Shown here: positions 56,250 through 64,000 of the stretch, in pieces
How the letters are laid out: every line of letters starts with the position of its first letter
Numbering within the stretch: the stretch's first letter is position 1
The notes under the pieces: generated by a model
Seen by the model: the letters and a program-made list of their open reading frames with translations, nothing else
Database searches by the model: none
What the model was told of the DNA's origin: nothing
NCBI GenBank assembly: GCA_028692415.1
Contig: JAQUXM010000002.1
Coordinates: 9,204-73,203 of the forward strand
DNA length: 64,000 nucleotides
DNA from: Syntrophomonadaceae bacterium
GTDB taxonomy: Bacteria; Bacillota; Syntrophomonadia; Syntrophomonadales; Syntrophomonadaceae
Reading direction: 5' to 3'
Program-made: the position numbers and the translations under genes

Positions 56250-56446
56250 CTTATTCTACTTGTTAAAATCTATTTCCTTCTTTGTGAAATAAATAACTAA
56301 TCCATAATATGGCTTGGCAAATAAATCTCCACTGCATAACCCTTGTTATTACGGCCTTTCAAGCATAATATATAAAAATTTTTAAATTAAAATCACTACT
56401 TATTTCCCATAAACCAAGGACCCTGGGCCTGGAACTGAAATTCAGG

Positions 56447-56487
56447 TAAAAAAAGAAATCGAGGGTGGAGAACTCTCCACCCTCGAT
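56447..56487 (-). terminator. Rho-independent terminator of the paaK-ACT unit
   Basis: 13-bp stem AUCGAGGGUGGAG/CUCCACCCUCGAU with a 4-nt loop, followed by a U-rich tract (UUUCUUUUUUU) on the minus strand. Confidence 0.75.
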
Positions 56488-56604
56488 TAAGATAATCGCT
56501 AATCCCCCTGCCTGAACGGGGGCACAATTACTTGCCAAAGTCTAGTATAGTGTATAACGCAAGGAATGAAGGCGGTTAGCAAGCGTACCTGACTCTAGTC
56601 TAAA

Positions 56605-56637
56605 CACCCATTCCTCACTTATCACCTTATCTTCACT
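56605..56637 (-). repeat. Degenerate purine-triplet heptad tract directly after the ACT-gene stop codon
   Basis: Sense strand reads AGUGAAGAUAAGGUGAUAAGUGAGGAAUGGGUG. It keeps the 7-nt RRG periodicity but matches the family consensus weakly. Confidence 0.35.
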
Positions 56638-57066
56638 CTATAACTGGTACAATGTTTTCTCATCCAGGAATTTAATGCCTTTTTCAGCAAAAATATTGCG
56701 CGCTCTATCAATATCTTCCACTTTAAATATCACCAGCGCATCATCCTCAGTAGTCCCAAGAAAAGCATATAGATATTCAATATTGAGGTTCTCAGCTGTC
56801 ATCTGTTCCAGAACGGTAGCCAACCCCCCTGGTGAATCAGGAACCTGAACCGCTATCACCTCGGTTTCACTCACTGTGAAACCGGACTCGCGCAATACAG
56901 TATAAGCTCTATTCGGATCATTAACAATCACGCGCAGAATTCCAAAGTCAGAAGTATCAGCGATAGATAAAGCCCTGATATTAATCCCCGCCTCGCCCAA
57001 TACTCTGGTTACATGAGATAGTCTACCTGTTTTGTTTTCCAAAAAAACCGATATTTGTCTAGCCAT
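56638..57066 (-). CDS. Tandem ACT-domain protein
   Basis: 142 aa made of two ACT-like halves (ISVFLENKTGRLSHVTRVLGEAGINIRALSIA...). Immediately downstream of paaK. Confidence 0.75.
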   Translation of the reverse strand: MARQISVFLENKTGRLSHVTRVLGEAGINIRALSIADTSDFGILRVIVNDPNRAYTVLRESGFTVSETEVIAVQVPDSPGGLATVLEQMTAENLNIEYLYAFLGTTEDDALVIFKVEDIDRARNIFAEKGIKFLDEKTLYQL

Positions 57067-57078
57067 GCTTTCCCTCCT

Positions 57079-58386
57079 CTAAAATTTTCTTTTATCTATT
57101 ACTCTTTTGGCCTTTCCTTCGCTTCTTTCAATAGATCTGGGTTCAACCAACCTTACCTTTACGGCAATTCCCAGCGCACTTTCCAGTTCTTTCCTGATTA
57201 AAGCTCCCAGTCCTTCAAGTTTTTTAACCTCGTCACTAAAGAGCCTTTCTGATACTTCCACTTGAACTTCCAACTCATCAAGCGTGCCTCTGCGATCAAC
57301 GATCAGAAGATAATGCGGCTCTACTCCGGGGATATTTAGCAGAACACTTTCCACCATGGAAGGAAAAACGTTAACTCCGCGAATTATTATCATATCATCA
57401 GAACGGCCCAGTACTTTTTGCATCCGCATATGAGTGCGTCCACATTCGCATCTGTCTTTTTCCAGAGTGGTAAGGTCACGAGTCCTATACCTAATCAAGG
57501 GCATCGCTTCCTTGGTTATGGTTGTAATGACCAACTCCCCCTGATTCCCCGGTTCCAGTACCTCCAGGCTCAGCGGGTCAATGGTTTCGGCAATGAAATG
57601 ATCCTCAGCCAGATGCATACCGTTTTTACATGCACATTCTATAGCTACCCCGGGTCCAATAATCTCGGTTAAACCATAGATATCAAAAGCATCAATTTTC
57701 CATTTATTCTCAATATCCCTTCGCATATTTTCTGAACAAGGTTCAGCCCCAAAAATACCAGCTCGCAATTTGAGATCAGAAGGCTTTATCCCCATTTCTT
57801 GAGCAACTTCGTACATGAACAAGGAATACGATGGGGTGCAGGCCAAATGTGTGCTACCATAATCCTGCATCAACATAATCTGTCGTTTGGTGTTTCCCCC
57901 TGATGCAGGAATAACTGAGGCTCCTATTTTTTCTGCTCCATAATGTGCGCCCAGTCCTCCGGTAAATAGCCCATATCCATAGGATACATGAACTACCGAG
58001 TTCCGGCTGGCACCGGCACAAACCAGGGAACGGGCCATAACCTCAGCCCAGACCTCATTAATATCTCTTTTGGTATATCCCCCAACGGTAGGCTTGCCGG
58101 TCGTTCCTGAAGATGATTGAATTCTTACCACCTCGCTCATGGGAACCGCAAACAAGTTGAACGGATAATTATCCCGCAGGTCCTGCTTGGTAGTGAAGGG
58201 TAAATATTTAATATCTTCCAGGCAGTTAATATCGTGCGGTTTTACCCCAGCCTGGTCCATCTTATGTTTGTAAGCTGGAACGAATGCATATACCCGGAAT
58301 ACGGTCTCTTTCAAGCGTCTTAACTGCAGTTTTTCCAACTCTTCCCGAGGCATACATTCCTTTTCTTTATCCCAATAAATCATCAT
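57079..58386 (-). CDS. paaK: Phenylacetate--CoA ligase family adenylating enzyme (the track ORF extends to 58416)
   Basis: AMP-binding motif [10 protein letters not shown] and PaaK-like length. GGAGG lies 4-5 nt before ATGATG at 58386. Confidence 0.85.
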   Translation of the reverse strand: MMIYWDKEKECMPREELEKLQLRRLKETVFRVYAFVPAYKHKMDQAGVKPHDINCLEDIKYLPFTTKQDLRDNYPFNLFAVPMSEVVRIQSSSGTTGKPTVGGYTKRDINEVWAEVMARSLVCAGASRNSVVHVSYGYGLFTGGLGAHYGAEKIGASVIPASGGNTKRQIMLMQDYGSTHLACTPSYSLFMYEVAQEMGIKPSDLKLRAGIFGAEPCSENMRRDIENKWKIDAFDIYGLTEIIGPGVAIECACKNGMHLAEDHFIAETIDPLSLEVLEPGNQGELVITTITKEAMPLIRYRTRDLTTLEKDRCECGRTHMRMQKVLGRSDDMIIIRGVNVFPSMVESVLLNIPGVEPHYLLIVDRRGTLDELEVQVEVSERLFSDEVKKLEGLGALIRKELESALGIAVKVRLVEPRSIERSEGKAKRVIDKRKF

Positions 58387-58429
58387 TCTACCTCCTCTAT
58401 TCTTTTTCCTGCACAATTCTTTTAAACAT

Positions 58430-58537
58430 CGGAAGACAGTTTCAACACCGTTGCAACGAGGCAGGATTAGAACCCGCCACCGGTTTGGTTAATAGCAACC
58501 TTATCGCTTAGCGGGGGGCACCTTTTCGCCTCGTTAT
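58430..58537 (-). repeat. Structured intergenic repeat 'R', copy C (44 nt upstream of the paaK start)
   Basis: Core and 3' terminus are nearly identical to copy D. The terminal ggaagaaac hairpin is degenerate. Confidence 0.8.
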
Positions 58538-58661
58538 ATATTTACAGCGATTAGCACAGCAACAGACAGTACTGCATTTAAAACAGATAGCAAAAGACTT
58601 AAAGCTAAGTTATAAGTTTAATTTAGTAATGGGATTTGATATGCAGGCAGGTTTTAAGCAT

Positions 58662-58780
58662 CGGAAGAAACTGCGGAGCTGTTTCTTCCGCACCGCTGCA
58701 ACAAGGCGGGGGATTAGAACCCGCCGCCGGTTTGGTTGATAGCAACCTCACGCCTAGCGGGAGATCTTTCGCCTCGTTAT
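58662..58780 (-). repeat. Structured intergenic repeat 'R', copy D (tandem with copy C)
   Basis: Most complete copy. Has a 10-bp hairpin (ggaagaaac/gtttcttcc), the closing helix aacaagg/cctcgtt, and two internal hairpins. Confidence 0.8.
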
Positions 58781-58822
58781 AAGCTGGCTCTTATCAGAAA
58801 GAAGCTGATTGTCAGAAATTGC

Positions 58823-58875
58823 AAAAAACCCCACCGAGCCGTGATGCCGTAGTTTCAACCTGCAAAGCAGGTGGG
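58823..58875 (-). terminator. Possible terminator downstream of aspS
   Basis: Minus strand has CCCACC...GGUGGG followed by G and UUUUUU. The stem encloses ~34 nt, including an inner hairpin ACCUGC-UUU-GCAGGU, so this is atypical. Confidence 0.35.
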
Positions 58876-59084
58876 TACCCTCCCACATATTTTGATGTGT
58901 CCCAAATACCGGGCATGCACGCTATATGTGGAGATAAGTTCCCTAAATTTTTGTGTTGGCAAAAACTTAACAGCCATTCACGTACACAGCAGGGATTTCC
59001 TTTTCTCAGGTAAAATACTACCATATAATAGTCATTTCTTCAAGCTAAACAAGGTGCCATTATAGACCATTTTCTCCAATATTT

Positions 59085-60845
59085 CTATTTTTCTTTGATC
59101 TTTATATATAACTCCCTTAATTGTTTAAGAGCCACTTCTGAAGGCGCTTCGGTCATGGGGCAAGCTGCACTCTGGGTCTTGGGAAACGCTATAACATCAC
59201 GAATACTGTGCCTCCCGGCAATAATCATGAGCAGGCGATCAATTCCAAAAGCGATACCCCCATGGGGTGGTGTGCCATACTCAAATGCCTCCAGCATATA
59301 TCCGAATTTACCGTTAGCTTCCTCATTGCTCATGCCAACCAGCGCAAACATTTTCTCCTGCAGCTCGCGTTGGTGAATACGAATGCTTCCCCCGCCAATT
59401 TCAGTGCCGTTTAATACGAGATCATAAGCTCTCGCTTTAACCAGGGCCGGATCGCTGTCCAGAAGTCCGATATCTTCGGTTCGCGGCGCGGTAAACATAT
59501 GATGCATGGCTACAAAACGCTTTTCTTCATCATCATATTCCAAAAGCGGAAAATCAACTACCCAGACAAAACTAAGCGCGTTTTCATCGATAAGCTGCAG
59601 TCTGCGCCCCAGCTCCAATCGCAGGTTGCCCAGTACCCGGGCGGCAATCGCCGCCTGATCAGCAGCGAACAGCAAGAGATCACCAGGTTCTGCCTGCAGG
59701 GCCTGTAAAATACCATTTACCTGTTCTTCACTTAAAAACTTGGTTATGGGAGAGCGCAGTTCATTTTCCCCAACCACTATCCAGGCCATGCCCTTGGCCC
59801 CGTTCTCCACCGCCAGGGCTCCCAGGGCATCTATTTCCTTGCGGGTAAAACTGCCGCAGCCCTTGGCGTTCAAGGCTCTAACCACCCCACCGCTTTGAAC
59901 GGCAGATGCAAAGACCTTAAACTCTGTATCTTTAAGTAGACCTGTCAGTTCAACAATCTCCAGGCCAAAGCGCAAATCCGGTTTGTCATTACCATACTTC
60001 TGCATGGCCTCATCATAAGGCAAGCGGGCAAAAGGAAGGGTTAGCTCCTGGCCTTTCGCCTCTGCAAATACGTCCCGGATCATTGCTTCGACCAGAGCCA
60101 TAATATCCCCTTCATCAATGAAAGACATCTCCATATCCAGTTGGGTAAATTCCGGCTGCCGGTCTGCACGCAAATCTTCATCTCTAAAGCAACGGGCGAT
60201 TTGGAAATATTTTTCCATACCGGCCACCATAAGGATCTGCTTGAATATCTGCGGTGATTGTGGCAAAGCAAAAAACTTGCCCGGATGGACCCGGCTTGGG
60301 ACCAGGTAATCTCTGGCTCCTTCGGGGGTGCTTTTCATTAAAATAGGGGTTTCAATTTCCACAAAAGCCCGACTATCCAAGAAGTCGCGCATGGTTTTTA
60401 CCACCCGATGCCTCAGCATAAGATTGCTGCGCATCTCCGGCCGGCGCAGGTCCAGATAGCGGTATTTTAATCTGAGGTTTTCATCGACATCTATATTATC
60501 CTCAATATAAAATGGAGGAGTCTTGGCCGTGTTCAGGACTTGCATTTTCTCAACATATATCTCGATTTTACCGGTTTTGAGATTGGGATTCTCAGTGGCT
60601 TCCGGGCGCAGCGATACTTTTCCCCGGCTGGCTACTACATACTCGCTGCGAACGCTTTCCGCCAGGTGAAAGGCTTCTATGGCCACCTCGGGGCTGAAAA
60701 CCAGTTGGATAATCCCCGAACGGTCCCGCAAATCAATAAAAATAAGCCCACCATGATCCCGTCGGCTGTCTACCCAGCCATTAAGCACTACCTCCTGACC
60801 AACGCTATATGTATCCAAATCAGTAGCATTACAAGTCCTTTTCAT
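59085..60845 (-). CDS. aspS: Aspartyl-tRNA synthetase
   Basis: 586 aa with class II motif 2, FQIARCFRDEDLRADRQPEFTQLD. Confidence 0.97.
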   Translation of the reverse strand: MKRTCNATDLDTYSVGQEVVLNGWVDSRRDHGGLIFIDLRDRSGIIQLVFSPEVAIEAFHLAESVRSEYVVASRGKVSLRPEATENPNLKTGKIEIYVEKMQVLNTAKTPPFYIEDNIDVDENLRLKYRYLDLRRPEMRSNLMLRHRVVKTMRDFLDSRAFVEIETPILMKSTPEGARDYLVPSRVHPGKFFALPQSPQIFKQILMVAGMEKYFQIARCFRDEDLRADRQPEFTQLDMEMSFIDEGDIMALVEAMIRDVFAEAKGQELTLPFARLPYDEAMQKYGNDKPDLRFGLEIVELTGLLKDTEFKVFASAVQSGGVVRALNAKGCGSFTRKEIDALGALAVENGAKGMAWIVVGENELRSPITKFLSEEQVNGILQALQAEPGDLLLFAADQAAIAARVLGNLRLELGRRLQLIDENALSFVWVVDFPLLEYDDEEKRFVAMHHMFTAPRTEDIGLLDSDPALVKARAYDLVLNGTEIGGGSIRIHQRELQEKMFALVGMSNEEANGKFGYMLEAFEYGTPPHGGIAFGIDRLLMIIAGRHSIRDVIAFPKTQSAACPMTEAPSEVALKQLRELYIKIKEK

Positions 60846-60859
60846 TAAATGTTCTCCTC

Positions 60860-62128
60860 CTAATCCGTTGCCATAATCTGTTTAATAGTCTTTATAAGCT
60901 GCTCATCTGTAACCCTTAGCTGTTCTTTATTCTGCATATTTCTAAGGGTTAAAAATCCTTGCGCCATTTCTTCATCGCCTATCAGAATCACCAGTTTGGC
61001 TCCCACGCGATCGGCATATTTCATCTGGGCTTTGCCGCTTCTTCCGGTGTAGTCTTTGTCAGCCCGGATTCCCGCCCTTCTTATCTGATTCAATATTTTC
61101 AAGGCCGGTGATTCGTATTGATCATTCATCACCGCAATAAAAACATCTATAGCGGACTGCGTTGACCCTATAATTCCTAGTGTATCCAGTGCCAAAAGCA
61201 GCCGCTCCATACCTAAAGCAAAGCCGATACCGGGTAAATTCGGGCCACCCAATTCCTGCACCAGGCCATTATATCTTCCACCCCCGCCTACTGCACTCTG
61301 TGCTCCTATACCGGGAATATGTATCTCAAAAGCGGTATTGGTATAGTAATCCAGCCCTCTTACCAATTGGTCATCATGAAGGTATTTTACCCCATTGTCC
61401 TCCAGGGCGGTTCTTACTCTGGCATAATGTTCCTGGCAATCCGGACAAAGGCTGTCATAAATGACCGGATAGCCAGCAATCGCTTCATGACAGGATACCA
61501 CCTTGCAGTCGAGTACCCGCAACGGATTCTGCAAGTATCTTATCTGGCAATCCGGACAAAGTTTATCCTTGACCGGATCAATATGCTCAATTAATCTCTG
61601 GCGGTAGCTCTGCCGGCAAAGGGGACAACCTACAGAATTGAGATGCAATTCATAAGCTTGTAAACCCAGCGCAGACAATATCTCTACCATCAGGATAATT
61701 ATTTCTGCATCCAGATAAGGACTGTTGCTGCCAAAAGCTTCCACTCCCACCTGGTGAAACTGCCGGTATCTTCCAGCCTGGGGCCGGTCATAACGAAACA
61801 TTGCCCCGGTGTAGTACCACTTTACCGGTAATACCCCACCGTAAACACTATGTTCAATAATCGCCCTAACGCAGGACGCGGTTCCCTCTGGCCGCAGGGT
61901 CAAACTGCGCTCTGAACGGTCATTGAAGGTATACATTTCTTTGCTGACAATGTCCGTCCCCTGCCCCACTCCATGCAGAAACAATTCGGTATGTTCAAAT
62001 ATCGGGGTTCTGACTTCCTGGTATCCAAAAAATTCAATCTGTTCTTTGATTACTCGCTCAATATGCTGCCACTTTCTGGTGTTAACCGGCAGGATATCGG
62101 CGGTGCCTCTGGGGGCCTTTACCTGCAT
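60860..62128 (-). CDS. hisS: Histidyl-tRNA synthetase
   Basis: 422 aa with class II motifs (LRPEGTA, MFRYDRPQAGRYRQFHQ). Confidence 0.97.
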   Translation of the reverse strand: MQVKAPRGTADILPVNTRKWQHIERVIKEQIEFFGYQEVRTPIFEHTELFLHGVGQGTDIVSKEMYTFNDRSERSLTLRPEGTASCVRAIIEHSVYGGVLPVKWYYTGAMFRYDRPQAGRYRQFHQVGVEAFGSNSPYLDAEIIILMVEILSALGLQAYELHLNSVGCPLCRQSYRQRLIEHIDPVKDKLCPDCQIRYLQNPLRVLDCKVVSCHEAIAGYPVIYDSLCPDCQEHYARVRTALEDNGVKYLHDDQLVRGLDYYTNTAFEIHIPGIGAQSAVGGGGRYNGLVQELGGPNLPGIGFALGMERLLLALDTLGIIGSTQSAIDVFIAVMNDQYESPALKILNQIRRAGIRADKDYTGRSGKAQMKYADRVGAKLVILIGDEEMAQGFLTLRNMQNKEQLRVTDEQLIKTIKQIMATD

Positions 62129-62165
62129 AAATTCCCCTCCGAACTAATTTATTCCTTGGATAATT

Positions 62166-63647
62166 CTAATTTAAGGCCCGAAGCTTGTCAACTTTGCCTT
62201 TAATCAGCCTTTCTATGGATTGGCAATAGCTCTGTGGATTTTTAGGATTATGAAATGAACTTAAACTACCGTTGGAAACATTGACAAATTTGCTGGATGC
62301 TCCACCTCCCATACCGATAATACTCTGCCGCTCCTCCATCATTTGAATATTGTACAGGCAAAAACTGTCTGGCCTGGCATAAGCCGTGTTTTCCATACTG
62401 GCTTTCATATATTTCTGGCGATAAAGATAATAAGGAATATAAGCCTGTTCTCTAAACATAGCTGATAGTTGGTTCAGTGCTTCTTCAACCTCCTGAATTC
62501 GACTGTGCACATTACTTTTTCCCTCCAACTCGGCCATCACCGAGCCTCTTTTTACAGCCAGGGTATGAACCGTAATGTTCTCGGGATTGATTTTTAAAAT
62601 TTCTTCTGCTGTGTACGTGACTTCCCGGATACTCTCACCAGGAAGCCCTACGATAAGATCCATATTAATTTGTTTGATACCTGCTTCTCTTGCCCATCCT
62701 ACCGATTGCATCACTCCTTTGCTATCATGATTACGCCCTATCCTTTTCAGGGTAGCATCATTCATACTTTGAGGGTTGATACAGACCCGGCTGACACCCG
62801 CGTCCCGCAGCAATTTCAACTTCTGCAAAGACAAGGTATCAGGTCTGCCCGCCTCTACACTAATCTCTTCACAAGCAGCAGATATATAATAATGATGTAA
62901 AAGTTCAAAAACCCGCTGCAAATCACCGGCAGAGAGTACTGTAGGGGTGCCTCCACCTAAATAAATGGATTGGACTGCCAATCCATTACTTTTGGCAAAT
63001 TCGCCCAATTCTTTCATTTCCCTAAACAAGGCGGTTAGAAAGGGGCCTGCTTCCCGCTCATAATCTTTCATTACCGCTCCGGGGAAAGAACAGTAGTAAC
63101 AACGACTCGGGCAATAAGGAATACCAATATAAACACTTATCATTTTTTTAGCAGCAGCCGGTTCCAATAAAAATGGCCGGTTGTTTTGGGCTACCTCAAG
63201 TAATAAGCGGGCTTTTCCTGGATTCATTAAATATTCGTTCTCCAGCTTGATCTGAATTGCTTCCCGGGTATAATCCTGATCCAGAAAACCATGAACCAGC
63301 TTAACGGGCCGCACCCCGGTAAGAATGCCGTAGGCATTAAAATCTCGCTCCAGATGGGTAGCAAGCAGCCGATAGGTAAACCTTTGCAGAAACCTTCTTG
63401 TATTCCCCTGCTCAAAGCCAAGGCTTTCCTCGCTGCGAGTTTGGCTGAGCAGGCTGGTCTTGTATCCCGAAGCAATACTACCCTCCAATAAATACTGCCC
63501 AGCATGCTCGGCAAGTCTAAGCTTAATTTCAATCTCGCATTCATTATTATATTCCCGGTATATATCAGCATCAGGATAAGCCATGCGTATCAGTTCATGG
63601 ATGCTGGCATATATCCGGGGCGGCTCCAAATTGCATGAAATTATCAT
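62166..63647 (-). CDS. hemZ: Radical-SAM coproporphyrinogen-dehydrogenase-like protein (HemZ type)
   Basis: 493 aa with the CxxxCxxC cluster motif (CPSRCYYCSF) and HemN-like core sequence. Confidence 0.65.
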   Translation of the reverse strand: MIISCNLEPPRIYASIHELIRMAYPDADIYREYNNECEIEIKLRLAEHAGQYLLEGSIASGYKTSLLSQTRSEESLGFEQGNTRRFLQRFTYRLLATHLERDFNAYGILTGVRPVKLVHGFLDQDYTREAIQIKLENEYLMNPGKARLLLEVAQNNRPFLLEPAAAKKMISVYIGIPYCPSRCYYCSFPGAVMKDYEREAGPFLTALFREMKELGEFAKSNGLAVQSIYLGGGTPTVLSAGDLQRVFELLHHYYISAACEEISVEAGRPDTLSLQKLKLLRDAGVSRVCINPQSMNDATLKRIGRNHDSKGVMQSVGWAREAGIKQINMDLIVGLPGESIREVTYTAEEILKINPENITVHTLAVKRGSVMAELEGKSNVHSRIQEVEEALNQLSAMFREQAYIPYYLYRQKYMKASMENTAYARPDSFCLYNIQMMEERQSIIGMGGGASSKFVNVSNGSLSSFHNPKNPQSYCQSIERLIKGKVDKLRALN

Positions 63648-63658
63648 TTTATCCTCCG

Positions 63659-64000
63659 TTAGCTTACCTGCCTGGAATTATATGAACCCAGGTATTTTAC
63701 ATGTTTACAGACTTTCCGCAAATCTCTGAATACCTGCTCCAATAAAAGATCATTGCCCAAAGTATCGACTTCAACATAGAAAGAAAAACTTCTATTTCTA
63801 TCCCGAGCAGGCCGGGATTCGATCTTGCTCAAGTTTAGATGGTGGCCCGCGAATATGCCCAAGGTTTTATACAGTGCTCCCGGTTGATCGGGCAATGTAA
63901 AAATAATACTGCATTTCTCCCCTTTACCCGGTACTGCCTCACCTGCAGTTATATGAATAAAACGGGTAAGGTTATCTGCATCCTGAATATTGCTCTTTAT
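63659..64000 (-). CDS. pheA: Prephenate dehydratase, C-terminal ACT region (5' end off window)
   Basis: The reading frame is open to the window edge. Contains NLTRFIHI...SIIFTLPDQPGALYKTLGIFAGHHLNLSKIESRP. Confidence 0.8.
   Translation of the reverse strand: MKSNIQDADNLTRFIHITAGEAVPGKGEKCSIIFTLPDQPGALYKTLGIFAGHHLNLSKIESRPARDRNRSFSFYVEVDTLGNDLLLEQVFRDLRKVCKHVKYLGSYNSRQVS

Noticed and set aside
58708-58728. GGGUUCUAAUCCC in the structured repeat resembles a tRNA T-arm, raising the possibility of a tRNA or tRNA-like gene
   Set aside because: No acceptor, D-arm or anticodon-arm cloverleaf can be drawn around it, and there is no CCA or discriminator context. The same block recurs in copies A, C and D as part of a larger non-tRNA fold.
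58812-59065. Three mutually overlapping 64-70-aa ORFs on both strands downstream of aspS
   Set aside because: They overlap one another on both strands, none has an SD sequence, and they cover the hairpin and terminator-like region. The locus is treated as non-coding.
62129-62165. An expected T-box leader upstream of hisS-aspS
   Set aside because: Only 37 nt separate hemZ from hisS. No specifier hairpin or T-box sequence is present.

Overview
64 kb of core chromosome from a flagellated, endospore-forming Firmicute (Clostridia-like, roughly 42% GC by eye). Nearly every gene is on the minus strand. Gene order resembles Bacillus subtilis, read here in transcription order (high to low coordinates): pheA' (partial), hemZ, hisS, aspS, paaK plus an ACT-domain gene, then the dcw cluster (mraZ, rsmH, ftsL, class B PBP, murE, murF, mraY, murD, ftsW, murG, murC, murA, divIB, DUF881, sbp, ftsA, ftsZ). 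These are followed by spoIIGA-sigE-sigG, a ~2.5 kb accessory insert (orphan beta-class DNA methyltransferase plus three tiny ORFs), dprA, topA, trmFO, xerC, hslVU, codY, and a complete fla/che-type flagellar operon from flgB to flhF' (partial). No rRNA, tRNA, CRISPR array, transposase or recognisable defence system was seen. The unexplained signal is non-coding. (1) A ~110-nt structured repeat occurs four times, always intergenic and co-oriented with the genes; its substitutions preserve pairing only on the sense strand. (2) A purine-rich, Shine-Dalgarno-like 7-nt-periodic motif, consensus GAGGCGTNAGGGGTGAGG, sits just 3' of stop codons at five or six sites. One pair brackets the methyltransferase in inverted orientation. 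(3) A 120-nt hairpin after ftsZ has a symmetric 17x17 bubble and resembles 6S RNA. (4) Several long spacers lie at junctions where I expected shorter spacers: flhB-flhA, sigE-sigG, and downstream of aspS. All functional readings of these elements are hypotheses. No database search or folding program was run.
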